A stretch of DNA of 64,000 nt from Octopus sinensis (Eukaryota). Location: positions 58,032,001 to 58,096,000 of the forward strand of contig NC_043002.1 of NCBI RefSeq assembly GCF_006345805.1. Reading direction: 5' to 3'. The notes below the pieces were generated by a model, which saw only the letters and a list, made by a program, of their open reading frames with translations, was not told the DNA's origin and searched no databases. The first letter of the stretch is position 1. Each line of letters begins with the position of its first letter. The position numbers were made by a program, and so were the translations under genes. Shown here piece by piece: positions 1 to 12,004 of this stretch.

Positions 1-6
1 ATAATA

Positions 7-45
<39 letters not shown>

Positions 46-47
46 TA
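1..47. repeat. (AAT)n microsatellite
   Basis: Perfect ATA/AAT trinucleotide run at window start. Confidence 0.95.
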
Positions 48-438
48 CTGGGGTGGATTCATTTGACTAAAAATTCTTCGAGGTTGTGCCCCAGCATGGT
101 TGCAGTCTAATGACTCAAACAAAAGATACAAGATATACTGGAGGGAGAGTTAGGATGGTAGAAGAAGTGAATTCGACAAACACACAAACACAGTGAAGCT
201 GGAGCACAAATTATAGAACATACAATTCTATCGTTAATTCGTTGGATGGCGGTTATATTGGAGCAGCGCCATCAACGATCTTCAGCGATCAGATCAACCT
301 CAGTGCTTATTCTAATTAGACACTTATTTCATCGATCGCTAGCTAACGGTTCTTTTTGTATAAACGGAAGCAGTTCCAACACATCACCTAGAATAAACAC
401 AGACAATTTTAAGCATTTGCACATGTATATACATGTGT

Positions 439-548
<110 letters not shown>

Positions 549-551
549 GTG

Positions 552-583
<32 letters not shown>

Positions 584-630
584 TGTTATGCAATTTTTTT
601 TTTATGTGAAGTTGTGTGTTTAAACAGATA

Positions 631-787
631 TTGTTGTATTTCGGAATGGTCATTTTGCCAGTTTAGCAAGTTTAAGATTAAGTTTAAAGTAAAAAATAAA
701 TAACACTGAAGCAAAGTAACACCAAATATATAGTGCGTGTGTTTTTATTGGCTAAACTGGCAAAATGACCATTCCGAAATACAACAG
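631..787 (+). mobile_element. Short fold-back copy of the 3' terminus of the adjacent Penelope-like element
   Basis: 673-787 is the reverse complement of 1306-1420; 631-667 is an inverted copy of 750-787; right end abuts (AT)n. Confidence 0.8.
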
Positions 788-805
788 TATATATATATAT
801 ATATA

Positions 806-1012
806 GTTAATCCAAACAAGAAGGCACAAAAGAACACAACAACGCGAGGACTTGGAACAAATATAGTATTATTGGACGCTCAGGAAAGAAGGAAAGAAGG
901 AGGGTTTAACATTTCGAGCGGAGCTCTTCGTCGGAAACATAGGAGTAGGAAAGATCCAGAGAAGGGAAGACAGAGAAAAAAAAATCGCCAACAGTACACG
1001 CGTGGTCACATT

Positions 1013-1016
<4 letters not shown>
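806..1016 (-). mobile_element. Penelope-like terminal-repeat fragment carrying a minimal hammerhead
   Basis: Flanked by (AT)n on both sides; contains hammerhead motif at 904-938. Confidence 0.6.
904..938 (-). ncRNA. Minimal type I hammerhead ribozyme motif (U4C core variant)
   Basis: Minus strand GTTT-CCGACGA-A-GAGC-tcc-GCTC-GAAA-TG-TTA-AAC: stems I and II pair, near-palindromic minimal stem III. Confidence 0.65.
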
Positions 1017-1050
<34 letters not shown>

Positions 1051-1094
1051 ATTATTAAATCTCAGAGCGAGATGTAAACAGTAACCGCTCAACA

Positions 1095-1240
1095 ACGTAA
1101 AGTATAAAATCCATCTCAACATGGCGAACCACAAAGTGAGGTTGTTACTGTAGCTATTTAGTCGATCTCCTGGGGCTAAATAGCTACAGTAACACCCCCA
1201 CTTTGTGGTTGGCCATGTTGAGATGGCTTTTATACTTTAC

Positions 1241-1242
<2 letters not shown>
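1095..1242. repeat. ~148-bp imperfect palindrome (fold-back element end)
   Basis: acgtaaagtataaaatccatctcaacatggc...gccatgttgagatggcttttatactttacgt; ~68-bp arms; lies between two (AT)n tracts. Confidence 0.9.
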
Positions 1243-1310
<68 letters not shown>

Positions 1311-1424
1311 ATATTTCGGAATGGTCATTTTGCCAGTTTAGCCAATAAAAACACACGCACTATATATTTGGTGTTACTTTGCTTCAGTGTTATTTATTTT
1401 TTACATTAATCTTAATCTTATTTC

Positions 1425-1469
1425 GGCCAGAGTTCTTTCGTCACACTCCTGTGACCGCATCAGTGGTCC
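1425..1469 (-). ncRNA. Minimal type I hammerhead motif in the PLE 3' terminal repeat (A9C variant)
   Basis: Minus strand GGACCA-CTGATGC-G-GTCACA-ggag-TGTGAC-GAAA-G-aa-C-TC-TGGCC. Confidence 0.7.
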
Positions 1470-1896
1470 TTTGTTTTCTTCTTTCTGATTTGTGTCTCTC
1501 CTTACTAACCGTCAGCCATTTTGTATTTCTACTGTATGTCTTCATTTGCGCATGCTTATATCTCTATGTGCGTTTATGTTTATTTCGTGTGTGTATGTGG
1601 GGGATGCCTGTAATATTTGTATCTTCTGTTTATATATGTTCATGTAATTTGTAATTTTATATGTTCATGTAATTTGTATGTTGTTTTTTTTAATTCTTAT
1701 TTTGTTCATGTGTTTACATTCACCTATTATTATCATTACATATGCTTGTATGTATGTATGTATGTATAACAGCAATACTAGTAATAATAATAATAAATTG
1801 AATTGAAAAAAAGAAAAAAAAATATATATATATAGTTATTTATTTCTATTAGTTTATTTATATGTGTATTTATTATGTTTTAAGGATCCTCTATCG

Positions 1897-2440
1897 TCAT
1901 ATGTTGTGGTGTGTGTTAGTGCTCCATTCTAGTTTTCTATTCAGGCTAGGTTTATTTTCTATTATGTGTGTAGCTTCTGTAATTTGTCTAATTGTTGCAT
2001 CTGATCTATGTGTGGATAATATTTTAATTTCTATGTTATTGATTGATCCCCCGTCTTCTTGTTCGGCGTGTTGGTACAGAATCGATGAGCTTTTACCTTC
2101 CTTGAGTTGTCTCCAATGCTCATTTACCCGCTCTCCTATGCTTCTTGCCGTTTCCCCTACGTATGTCGTTGTCTTGTTACTGCATCGTCCCTCTATACAT
2201 CTTACACTATAGACTACATTTCTGGCTTTACAGTTTGTTTGTGGGCTAAATCTACATACAGTACAGTACTTATCCGTACAGGGGGTTCTACTAAAATGAT
2301 AGGTTCTACCAATTATAGATTTGATAGGGTTGCCTGGCTTTTCAACAACCTTAATTCTTAGCTTAAGTTTGTCTAGGGTCTTTCTAAAGCGATACGCTAG
2401 TTCACCTCCAGGGGTGGTGTCAATGAACATGACACTGGTA
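1897..2440 (-). pseudogene. PLE Zn-finger linker plus GIY-YIG endonuclease (frameshifted C-terminus of the RT ORF)
   Basis: CTDKYCTVC..NCKARNVVYSVRC..YVGETARSIGERVNEH..EATHI..SLNRKLEW; frame change near 2435. Confidence 0.9.
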
Positions 2441-4534
2441 TTTATGGCTATCATACCAAGAGTTGGCCTTCCCTATTTTCTTTTTTGTCCTTTCTATAGT
2501 GTTCCATGACTTGTTCCTATAGAGTGGGCAAATACCGTTCCTATCATCACATAATATATTATCAAATTTCTTAATGGCTCCTTTGTATACTCTGATCCTT
2601 TCTTTATGGCTGTAACCTGAGAACTGCATGCGGTGAATGAAATATTGTATGTGTCTCTTTAACTCTGTGGGCTCGCACATGCATGACACATTTCTCGTTA
2701 TTCTGACGAGGTCTGCCATCAAAATATTGAATTTGGCATTGTCCGCAATGGCTGAGTTCCGGTGGATCAAGTATTTTGAGGCCATAGGTTTGGCATAGTA
2801 TGAATGAAGGATTTGGGTTTTATTATTCACAATTTCTAGCCAGAGTTCGGTGTCTAGTACTGGTAGTCTATGGTTGGGGTGTTTAGTGGGGTAGTCTATT
2901 GTGACCTTAATACTCTGGTGGATGGAGTTAGCTATTTGCTGGATGCTCTCCATAGTATTAGTTTCTATTACTATATCAACATTACTCTCTTGTGGGGGTG
3001 CCTTTACCACTATGTTGATATCATCAACATAGCGAGAGTACATGTTTACGAGTATGGAGTTCTGTGTTAGGCGTTCTTTAAGCCTTCTCTCCCACCATAC
3101 CATGAAAAGGTTGGCCACATCACCAGCGATACTAACGCCGATGGCTGCCCCCTCGTCCTGGGCATATATTTTATTATTAAACTTAAACTTGTGGCCTTTT
3201 AGGGTAATTCTTATACTAGCTCCTAGTGCATGTGCGATCATTTTCTTTATCTGATGGACATTTGCGGGGCTCCGTATGGCTCTGGTCCATCCGCGCCATC
3301 TTTCTATATGTGTCTTCCTAGCCATAGAAGTAATTGTGGGCGGTCTACCCCTTAAACATCTACTGGGGCAGAAACTACTAAGATTATGTTTATCTAAGTA
3401 TTCAGTATTACATGTCAGTCTAAGTAGGAGGCCCAGTTCTTCTGTGTTGACATTACAGAACTCCACCTGGCTCTCATTGATCATCTCCACGCACTTCTCC
3501 ACCGCAAAATCTACGTCGATCGATGGGTATAGGGATACCACATCCATGCTACCCACCATACATCCTGTCAGGTCACAAGTGCTGTTACAGTCATCGATCC
3601 TGCTGAGGAGATCTTCTGTGCTGTCACAAACATCAGGTGACATCCGGATTATAGGGCGTATGATCATTGAGAGGAAGTAGGAGATTCTGTAATTGCTAAC
3701 GATATTCGCTCCACAGACTGGTCTTGTTGGTGGTCCTGCTATAGGGTCAGTAATTATTTTATGGTCCTTGCGAAGTCCATACAGTGCCGGGATATCATTG
3801 TTCCAGGCTTGGAAATTATTTGCTGTACGTTTCTGGGGTCCCAGAACAATTGTCCACATCATCATGTGGGCGTTGAGGACCTTTTCTCTCTCCTCATGTG
3901 CCTGTACAGTTGTTATCTTTGTATTGGCGATATGAGGTTGCATTGCCTGGATGTAGTTCGGTAAGCTGTCTATTGACATCCTGCCGGACTTATCTGTGAG
4001 ATGGCATACCACCTCTCCGTTCCTCGTGCGCTGAATGAGCTTATGTAGGCCACATGCAGGTTTAATCCCGAGTTGTTGGGCCTCTGTCTTATTCTGTCTC
4101 TGTCTCTTAGTGTATAATCCTAAAATCTGTCTAAGTTTGGTCCTAGCTATAGTGAACTGTGCTTCCATGTGGTCATTATTATGTCTAGGGATGTAGACTC
4201 TTTTGTTGAAGGGTAATGTTGTTGGATAAATCCGGCTCATGCAGTAAGTTTTGTCACATCCGTTGAAGAATTGAGTGTCAAAGGGGTGGGTATACATGTC
4301 AAAGGTCATTCTAGGGTTATCTTCATTATCGTTACTGTTTCCATCATCAGCCTCCCTATTATTATTACCACCATTACCACTACTACTATTATTACTATTA
4401 CCACCACAACTACCATCATTACTACTTCTACTATTACCACCACCACTACTACTACCACTATTATTGTTATTACCATTATTCCTACCAATATCTGTTTCAA
4501 CACATGACTTCACATAAAAAATCTTGCACAACAA
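2420..4534 (-). CDS. Penelope-like reverse transcriptase
   Basis: TDKSG, LYGLRKDHK, RPVCG, SMDVVSLYPSI, QDEGAAIG, RYVDD and LPVLD motifs; N-terminal ~70 aa is low-complexity N/S/G. Confidence 0.9.
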   Translation of the reverse strand: MLCKIFYVKSCVETDIGRNNGNNNNSGSSSGGGNSRSSNDGSCGGNSNNSSSGNGGNNNREADDGNSNDNEDNPRMTFDMYTHPFDTQFFNGCDKTYCMSRIYPTTLPFNKRVYIPRHNNDHMEAQFTIARTKLRQILGLYTKRQRQNKTEAQQLGIKPACGLHKLIQRTRNGEVVCHLTDKSGRMSIDSLPNYIQAMQPHIANTKITTVQAHEEREKVLNAHMMMWTIVLGPQKRTANNFQAWNNDIPALYGLRKDHKIITDPIAGPPTRPVCGANIVSNYRISYFLSMIIRPIIRMSPDVCDSTEDLLSRIDDCNSTCDLTGCMVGSMDVVSLYPSIDVDFAVEKCVEMINESQVEFCNVNTEELGLLLRLTCNTEYLDKHNLSSFCPSRCLRGRPPTITSMARKTHIERWRGWTRAIRSPANVHQIKKMIAHALGASIRITLKGHKFKFNNKIYAQDEGAAIGVSIAGDVANLFMVWWERRLKERLTQNSILVNMYSRYVDDINIVVKAPPQESNVDIVIETNTMESIQQIANSIHQSIKVTIDYPTKHPNHRLPVLDTELWLEIVNNKTQILHSYYAKPMASKYLIHRNSAIADNAKFNILMADLVRITRNVSCMCEPTELKRHIQYFIHRMQFSGYSHKERIRVYKGAIKKFDNILCDDRNGICPLYRNKSWNTIERTKKKIGKANSWYDSHKYQCHVH

Positions 4535-4670
4535 ATATTTAAACGTATATATATATATATTTATATATATATGTATATATATATATAATTGATATAGGAT
4601 AAAATTTTTTTCGGGAAAAATTTTTTATCAATGGCCAGCATATCAAAAAATGCCTTTAAAGGTAAAATTT

Positions 4671-4717
<47 letters not shown>

Positions 4718-4734
4718 CACACACACTCATACAC

Positions 4735-5480
4735 ACTGGGTGGCCTTCAATAACTCCCGTGTTTTTACAAATAAGAGTATGAAATTTTAATTCAATATAG
4801 AGGCGATAATGGAGATTAATTTGCCTTATTCCTTTTTCATTAAACTGCTGCGTTACGTATGAAAAACGATATCTTTTAAATGGCGTCCATTTTCAACTTC
4901 ACACTGGTATAGTGATCTTGGGTTCTCAGAGTCCCCAAACCGACAATTTTGTCATGACGGACCCTTTCAAATGAAAGTGAGATTCATCAGACATGATCAA
5001 TGTTTGTGTAAAATTTTGGTCATTTCGTACCAATTCCTGGAGTCTGACAGCGTATTGGAGCCTGTGTTCATAGTCCTGGCACTTGAACTGCTGAACTAAC
5101 TGTACCGTGCATGTAAAAGGCTAAGGCTACTGAGAACTCTTTGCAGAGAAGTTTGTGAAATCCCATGCTGTCTGGATAGCATGCGAGTCGATGTGCCCGG
5201 ATTCTATTCAGTACTCTCTCGCACTTGCTACCTTGCCTCATCGGTTCTGATAGTGTGAGTGTTCACTGATCATGGTAGATAATTTTCAGCCCCTTGTTTT
5301 TCAAAACGACGAATTAAGTTTCTAATTGTGTTTTTACTTGGGGAATCTCTCACATAAAAATGCCAATGATATGCTCTCTGGGTTTGAATAATTGACGCCT
5401 GATTTTGATCAATTTCACCATTTGTGCGGAGCCATATTTTTTCACGATTAATTTCCAGAACTTGGTCCATAAAAATCTCT
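4735..5480 (-). mobile_element. Internally deleted Tc1/mariner (Tc3-like) transposase remnant
   Basis: Minus-strand SIIQTQRAY..PSKNTIRNLIRRFEKQG (HTH), SDESHFHLKG, C-terminal ENGRHLKDIVF; TIR-like tacactgggtggcc at left end. Confidence 0.7.
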
Positions 5481-5792
5481 GAAATACAAAAATGGGACAA
5501 GAACGCAAATCATCAACAGGTGAAACAAAAAAGAGACAACAAATTATCCAGACAGACGATACAAGGAAAACAAGGACGGATCATTAGGAGTTTTCTATCC
5601 TCGGTCGAGTTCCAGATTATTTTTGCAATTTCGGCTATATAGATATGTATTGACATGTGTGTGCGAGTATATACGTATGTGTGTACGTAGCAATGATAAT
5701 GCTTCTATTTATTACATCAGTTATTGTGTGTCACTTTGAAAACTATATTTTCGAACGGGAATTCAGAAGCGTTACTTAGCCGAGCAGTTACT

Positions 5793-5833
5793 CTGTGTTG
5801 ATAAAGAGCAGTAACCCAGAAACCGGTCCACAG
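5793..5833 (+). ncRNA. Degenerate type I hammerhead motif
   Basis: CTGTG-TTGATAA-A-gagcagtaaccc-A-GAAAC-CG-GTC-CACAG; stem I and GUC site intact, core has two transitions. Confidence 0.5.
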
Positions 5834-6111
5834 CTGTCGCTTTGTGTTAGATGAGGTGGGGACTGGATTCCTTATACAGAGATATAAAGACTTAGATTTT
5901 GTGTCGTATAGCCAGCTGGGAACGATGTTTTCTGGAGCTAAACAACAGTGACAATCAACCCTTGAAAAACACCCACATAACGTTGGCAAATAGTCTTTAC
6001 TTTAAAGAGCTGTTACTGAGTATCTCTCTTTGAGAGAATTAGAATTGAAAAATGCTTCAATTCATATATATACACATATATATATATTATATACATATAT
6101 GAATGCATATA

Positions 6112-6296
6112 TGGTTTTTGCTGGAGATAGAGAGGAACTCTCTATACTTTGCAGGAACAGAGAATGAGCGGAGAGAGAGAGACAGATAGACGGGCAGACA
6201 GACAGAGAGAGACAGTAACAGAGAAAAGACTTAAAGCGCCCTCACTCGCTCTCTCCCTCTCCTCCTCTCACTGTCTCTCCCGCCTTCTTGCACTTA

Positions 6297-6300
<4 letters not shown>
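6112..6300 (+). repeat. Local direct duplication (second copy at 7527-7715)
   Basis: tggtttttgctggagatagagaggaactctctatactt...gagaaaagacttaaagcgccctcactcgctctc is present twice. Confidence 0.85.
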
Positions 6301-6334
<34 letters not shown>

Positions 6335-6354
6335 GAGAGATAGATAGCTTTTAT

Positions 6355-6730
6355 TTTTTACTTCTTTCAGCTTGCTTTAGTAATCAGATTATGGCCATGC
6401 TAGGGTACCGCCTTAGGGATATTTAGTCGAATCACTCGACACCTAGTCCTATTTTTTTCTTGAAAGCCTGGTATTTACTATATCGTTCAGTTGTTCCGAA
6501 TCGCTACGTTGGTGAGTTTATGAGAACGTGAACACACGAATAACGGTTATCAAGCACACACAAACACACGCACAAGTACACACACATGTATATATACGAC
6601 GGGCATCTTGCGGTTTTCATCTACCAAATTCACTCACAAGGTTTTGGTCAGCTCAATTTCTCAACTTTCTACGCAGTGAAACTAAAGTCGGAACCATGTG
6701 GTTGGGAAGCAATCTTATTACCTCACAGAC
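6355..6730 (-). mobile_element. tRNA-derived SINE family A, diverged
   Basis: Similar to the reverse complement of the full copy at 51846-52270. Confidence 0.7.
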
Positions 6731-7112
6731 ATACTTTGGTGTATGGTTGGGATTTTTGTATGTGAGGCATGGGTTGGTTGTACGTAGAGCGACAGAGATA
6801 TGGAGAGAAAAAGAAAAAGAGTGGATAGGAAGAGACAGAGATACATATAAATATCGACAGGTATAGATGTATGCGTGTATATAATCACTGCGTACATACA
6901 TATATATATATTTATATATATGCACACACACACATATATATATACACATATATACATATATGTACATATATATGCACACATACATATATATATACATAAA
7001 TATATGTATACATATATTTATATATACATACATACTTATATATACGTGCATATATATATATATATACACATACATATATATATATGCACACACATATATA
7101 TATATACATATA

Positions 7113-7206
<94 letters not shown>

Positions 7207-7818
7207 TATGTGTACATACACATATGTGTATGTGTGTGTGTACACGCACGCACATAGAAACATACGTACTTGCACAAACATGTACGTACACACATGTCAA
7301 TACACATACCCACACTCATCTACAAATACACGAATATATACATACATTAATGGATAGACACAATGTTAAAGCCCATATCGGTGCAATGCCTCTCAGAATA
7401 ACGGAAGCTGTTCTAATCGACTGAACACTCGTTGCGCTTTATTTATTAATCCAAGCATGACTGGTTTCTGATCATGGTTTCAGAACATTCCTTTAGCCTG
7501 CTCTATTTTACAACTTTCCCCTCCATTGGTTTTTGCTGGAGATAGAGAGGAACTCTCTATACTTGGTAGGAACAGAGACTGAGCGGAGAGAGAGAGACAA
7601 GGAGAGACGGGAAGACAGACAGAGAGAGACAGAGACAGAGAAAAGACTTAAAGCGCCCTCACTCGCTCTCTCCCTCTCCCCCTCTCTCTGTCTCTCTCGA
7701 CTTCTTGCACTTCTCTCACCATTTCCTAAAAGACAAACATTCATAGAAATGCAAGTATCCACACGCGCATACATGCAAGCGCACACTCGCACACTCACAC
7801 ACACACACACACACAAAC

Positions 7819-7869
<51 letters not shown>

Positions 7870-8193
7870 TAGATGGATAGATAGATAGATAGATAGATAA
7901 ACAGATAAATAGATAGAGAGATAGAGAGATAGATAGAGAGAGAGAGATAAATAGAGAGATATCTAGATAGATAGATAGATAGATAGACAGACAGACTGAC
8001 AGACAGACAGAAGACAGGCAGGCATGCATGTGTACGTATATATGTATTTCTAGCGTAACTGTATATATATCTATGTACATATCAATAGATGTTTATATAT
8101 ATGCATGTGTGTATATACATACATACGTATATACATGAGCTTATATATATATATATATATATATACACATACATAGATACGTATATGCATGAG

Positions 8194-8251
<58 letters not shown>

Positions 8252-8687
8252 CATGTATGTATATGTATATATATATATGTATGCGCACGCAATACACGCA
8301 CACACACATTGACATAGAGGCAACCGTGAACCTACACGCACTAAATATTATACATACATACATACATACTTACATAATACATACATACATACATACATAC
8401 ATACATACATACATACATACATACATACATACATAGCTTTCGACCAGTGTTTACAAAGCTATAACGTTTGATATATGCCTGTTTATATATATCGAATAGA
8501 CATTTATATATACTCCTATCTATCAATTATTAATATTCTGTCTGTGTAACAATTGATCGATTTTCTCCCCCTATTTCCCTCCACTCTCGCTACCCCCATC
8601 CCCTTCCTTGCCGCTCTCTGTATTTCTCTCGGTGTGTACTCACGCGAACACATCGTATATGTCTACGCACGTAGACATATATATGTG

Positions 8688-8736
<49 letters not shown>

Positions 8737-8845
8737 TTATGTATATACATACACATACAGTCAAACATTTGTGTATGTGCATATAATTTCTATCATACTC
8801 TCTATCCCTCTCTCTCTCCCTCTCCCTCTCTCCCCTCTCTCTCTC

Positions 8846-8881
<36 letters not shown>

Positions 8882-8987
8882 CCAAACGCGTTCCTCACCC
8901 ACAGACCCATAATATTCGCACTTGCAACTGTTAGCTATATAGGAAAATGCGTACATACGATCGCACACTAATCTCATATGCGCACGC

Positions 8988-9070
<83 letters not shown>

Positions 9071-9125
9071 AAAATAGATAGGTAGATAGATGATAGATAG
9101 ATACATAGATAAATAGATAGAAGGC

Positions 9126-9164
<39 letters not shown>

Positions 9165-9222
9165 ATAGATAGTCTTTTCGATGCTTCACTCGCTTATTCT
9201 CACTCTATCCTTCTCTCTCTGC

Positions 9223-9265
<43 letters not shown>

Positions 9266-9507
9266 GTCTTTCTCTCCCTCTCTGTTTCTCTCTGTTTTCT
9301 CTTTCTCTCTTCCCCCCTCTCTCTTTCTCTTCCACGCTTTTCACCTCTTTTAATCGTTTTTTATTGATCCGCACATTGGAGCAACATGCGGTAGGTGGAA
9401 GAAGATAGTGTGAAGCACAAAAATTATTTAAAATAAAAAAAAAGAACACAAGCATTTATCTGCATATTCTAGTTTCCTATTTGTTTTTTACTACTTCCGC
9501 CTTGTTC

Positions 9508-9570
<63 letters not shown>

Positions 9571-9892
9571 TTGTCTATATTTTTCTTTCTCGTTCACTTT
9601 CTCCATTCTCCACTACTACGTCTACCTCTTACTTTCCGTACAGCCAGTCGCTAATAAAATTACGTATAAACTTGTACCATTTGGACTGGCTTTTAAAAAT
9701 ATATAAATTGTTGTCAAAAAGCAACATCATCCGGTCTATGCAACATTTAAATCGTAATTTTATTTTCATACAATTTTAATGAGTGATTATTTATTAAACT
9801 CCATTTGCATTTTCCCTCCTTTTAATGGCTGATATATTACCAAGCAATTTTTAGTACAACTAGCATAGACGTTATAGAAATGGGCGAGTGTG

Positions 9893-9940
<48 letters not shown>

Positions 9941-10611
9941 GTGCGAATGTGTACATATATGTACATGTGTGCGTATATATGTGTGAGTACATGTGTGTGT
10001 GTGTTGTGTGTTTACTTACACGGGGGTAGGAGGTGGAGTAGTATTTGTGACTCCTGGGAAACTTCAGAGAATCATGAAGTCGACATGTCTGATATTTAGC
10101 TAGAAATTCTGGTAAATTAAAAATTAAAATTCCTGAAGGAAGAGGAATAGATCTATGAGGAGTTAAGACTTCCAGGGGACTGAATTTCAAGATCATATAG
10201 GGTTTAATGAGCGCGAGCACACACACAAACACACACGCGGCTTTTACTTATTACTTGTTTCTATTATTGAACAGCGAACACGTTATGGGGCCGTAAGCAA
10301 ACCAACATCCGGTTGTCAAGCAGTGAGTGGGATCAAACACAGGCACACAGACTAACTTGTATATAATCGCAATCATGGCCGTGTGGTAAGCAGTTTGCAT
10401 TCCCGATCACATGGTTTCAGATTCAATCCGCATGCGTGATAACTTGGGCAGGTATCTTCGACGATTGCCTCAGGTTGTCCAAACCCTCGTGAACCCTAAA
10501 ACATAACAAAAATCAACTTTCTATATAAAAAATGTAATAACTTGAATTTGTGATATCCATTTATTTCCACGCTTCCCTGAACCTTAAACAATAACCAAAT
10601 TTCTATAAGTA

Positions 10612-10730
10612 GTAGGCATCTGTCGGTCTCGAGAGACCATGGATCTGCGTCCTAAGAAATTGTGCCAGTTGCAGCGTCTGCTGTTGCTGTAGAGGACTAC
10701 TTGGGGGGTTGCAGTCGCGCATACAGCGAC
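10612..10730 (-). mobile_element. RTE (BovB-like) LINE 3' tail fragment
   Basis: Minus strand ..cgcagatccatggtctctcgagaccgacagatgcc-tactac resembles RTE 3' ends. Confidence 0.5.
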
Positions 10731-11912
10731 CAAATTCCTATACCAAATCAAAATAAATCTCCTCACCACCACTTTCTGTCAACTCAAATGTAATAAACTA
10801 ATACACTCTTCTTATCCTCCTTTATTTCCTCTTCTTACATCGCGCATAATTATCATTTACATAGCTCCACTTACTACCACACACCGCCTGAAAAAAGCCA
10901 ACTTGTCAGAGACTATATATAACCAAAACGAACCCAATTAAGGCAAAGTTTGATGAAAGCTAGCAAACCAAAACTTCGAGGTCACTGTCAACCTTTTCCT
11001 TGAAAAAGTTTACTAACCATGTACTCTACTAAAATGCATTGAATAACGTGTTTCCATATAACTTGAAACAAAATCGTTAATATACGTGTAGGCATATACA
11101 TATATACATATATGTGTGTGTGTGTGTGTGTGTGCGTGTGTGTGCGCGTGTGTGTGTGCGTGTGTGTGTGTGTGTGTGCGTGTGTGTGTGCGCGTGCGTG
11201 TGTGTGTGTGTGCATCGGCTTTCTAACACTCATCCAATACAGAGAAATGTGATGATGTGTGTTCCTGTAGCTGAAATCGAATCGATTAAATTTGGTTATG
11301 AGGAGTATACAAACCATAAAAGTCAGGCGGTATAAAAGGTGAATATATATTCATCTAACCACGTGACAGCCTTTGGCTTACGGCCGTTTCTCAACCTTCT
11401 TCATGTAGTTTTATGTTCAGCGTGGAAGAAATTATTCTTACATGCTTACTTTAATATATATGCTCGGAATTATATAGTACAATTGTATTTTCACTGCAAA
11501 TAAAAAAAGCTAGAAAGTTGCCAGTCAGCTTTTGGCGACATCAACGAATGTTTAGTCAATGCCAAGCTTTATCTGTATGAGTCAATTTTGATCTGGCTTT
11601 CGGTATTTGGGTGTTCGTTGGTGATGATTTGCAATTTACACTGAAATCCCGTAGTACACGAGTGCCCTCTGCCGGTAATGACGAAATTCCGTCGACTTGT
11701 ATAATCAGTACTCTTTTATAGCACCTAGCGTGTGTACGGGATGACTCTTCAAACCGTTTACTGCGGTTTATGGCGTCCGAAACAACACGTCGAAGTTAAG
11801 TAGGATGTGCGAATTAATATGTGTGTGTGTGTGTGTGTATGTGCATTTAGTTACATGCAAACATATATGGTATATACACATATACATTCATAGATGTAGA
11901 CATGTGCGTAGC

Positions 11913-11960
11913 TATCTGATGAGAGGAGTTCTTCCTAAGAGCCCACGAAATTTTATCATA
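11913..11960 (+). ncRNA. Type I hammerhead ribozyme motif
   Basis: TAT-CTGATGA-gaggagttctt-cct-aagagcccac-GAAA-T-ttt-ATC-ATA; intact core, paired stem II. Confidence 0.7.
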
Positions 11961-12004
11961 TGGAACTGATTCGAATTGTTATAATCCTTCGATTTATCAT
12001 ATGC

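Larger units (their letters stand above)
1306..4545 (-). mobile_element. Penelope-like retroelement (probably Naiad clade), 5'-truncated, inserted in (AT)n
   Basis: RT ORF followed by Cys-linker and GIY-YIG; 3' region with hammerhead; (AT)n at both ends. Confidence 0.9.

Noticed and set aside
4330-4490. N/S/G-rich N-terminus as a prion-like domain of the RT protein
   Set aside because: Trinucleotide low-complexity DNA at a truncated end; I cannot show it belongs to the family consensus
2420-4534. Selenoprotein-type PLE (UGA readthrough/SECIS)
   Set aside because: No in-frame UGA within the RT; the break before GIY-YIG is a frameshift; no SECIS could be discerned
5905-5950. HDV-like ribozyme call
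   Set aside because: Resembles the P1 3' strand and J4/2, but no P3/L3 with the P1.1 CC could be built; kept only as an unknown conserved motif
6653-9189. Many ORFs rich in [12 protein letters not shown] or HTHT (here and throughout the window)
   Set aside because: These are translations of AT, CA, GATA and TACA microsatellites that lack stop codons
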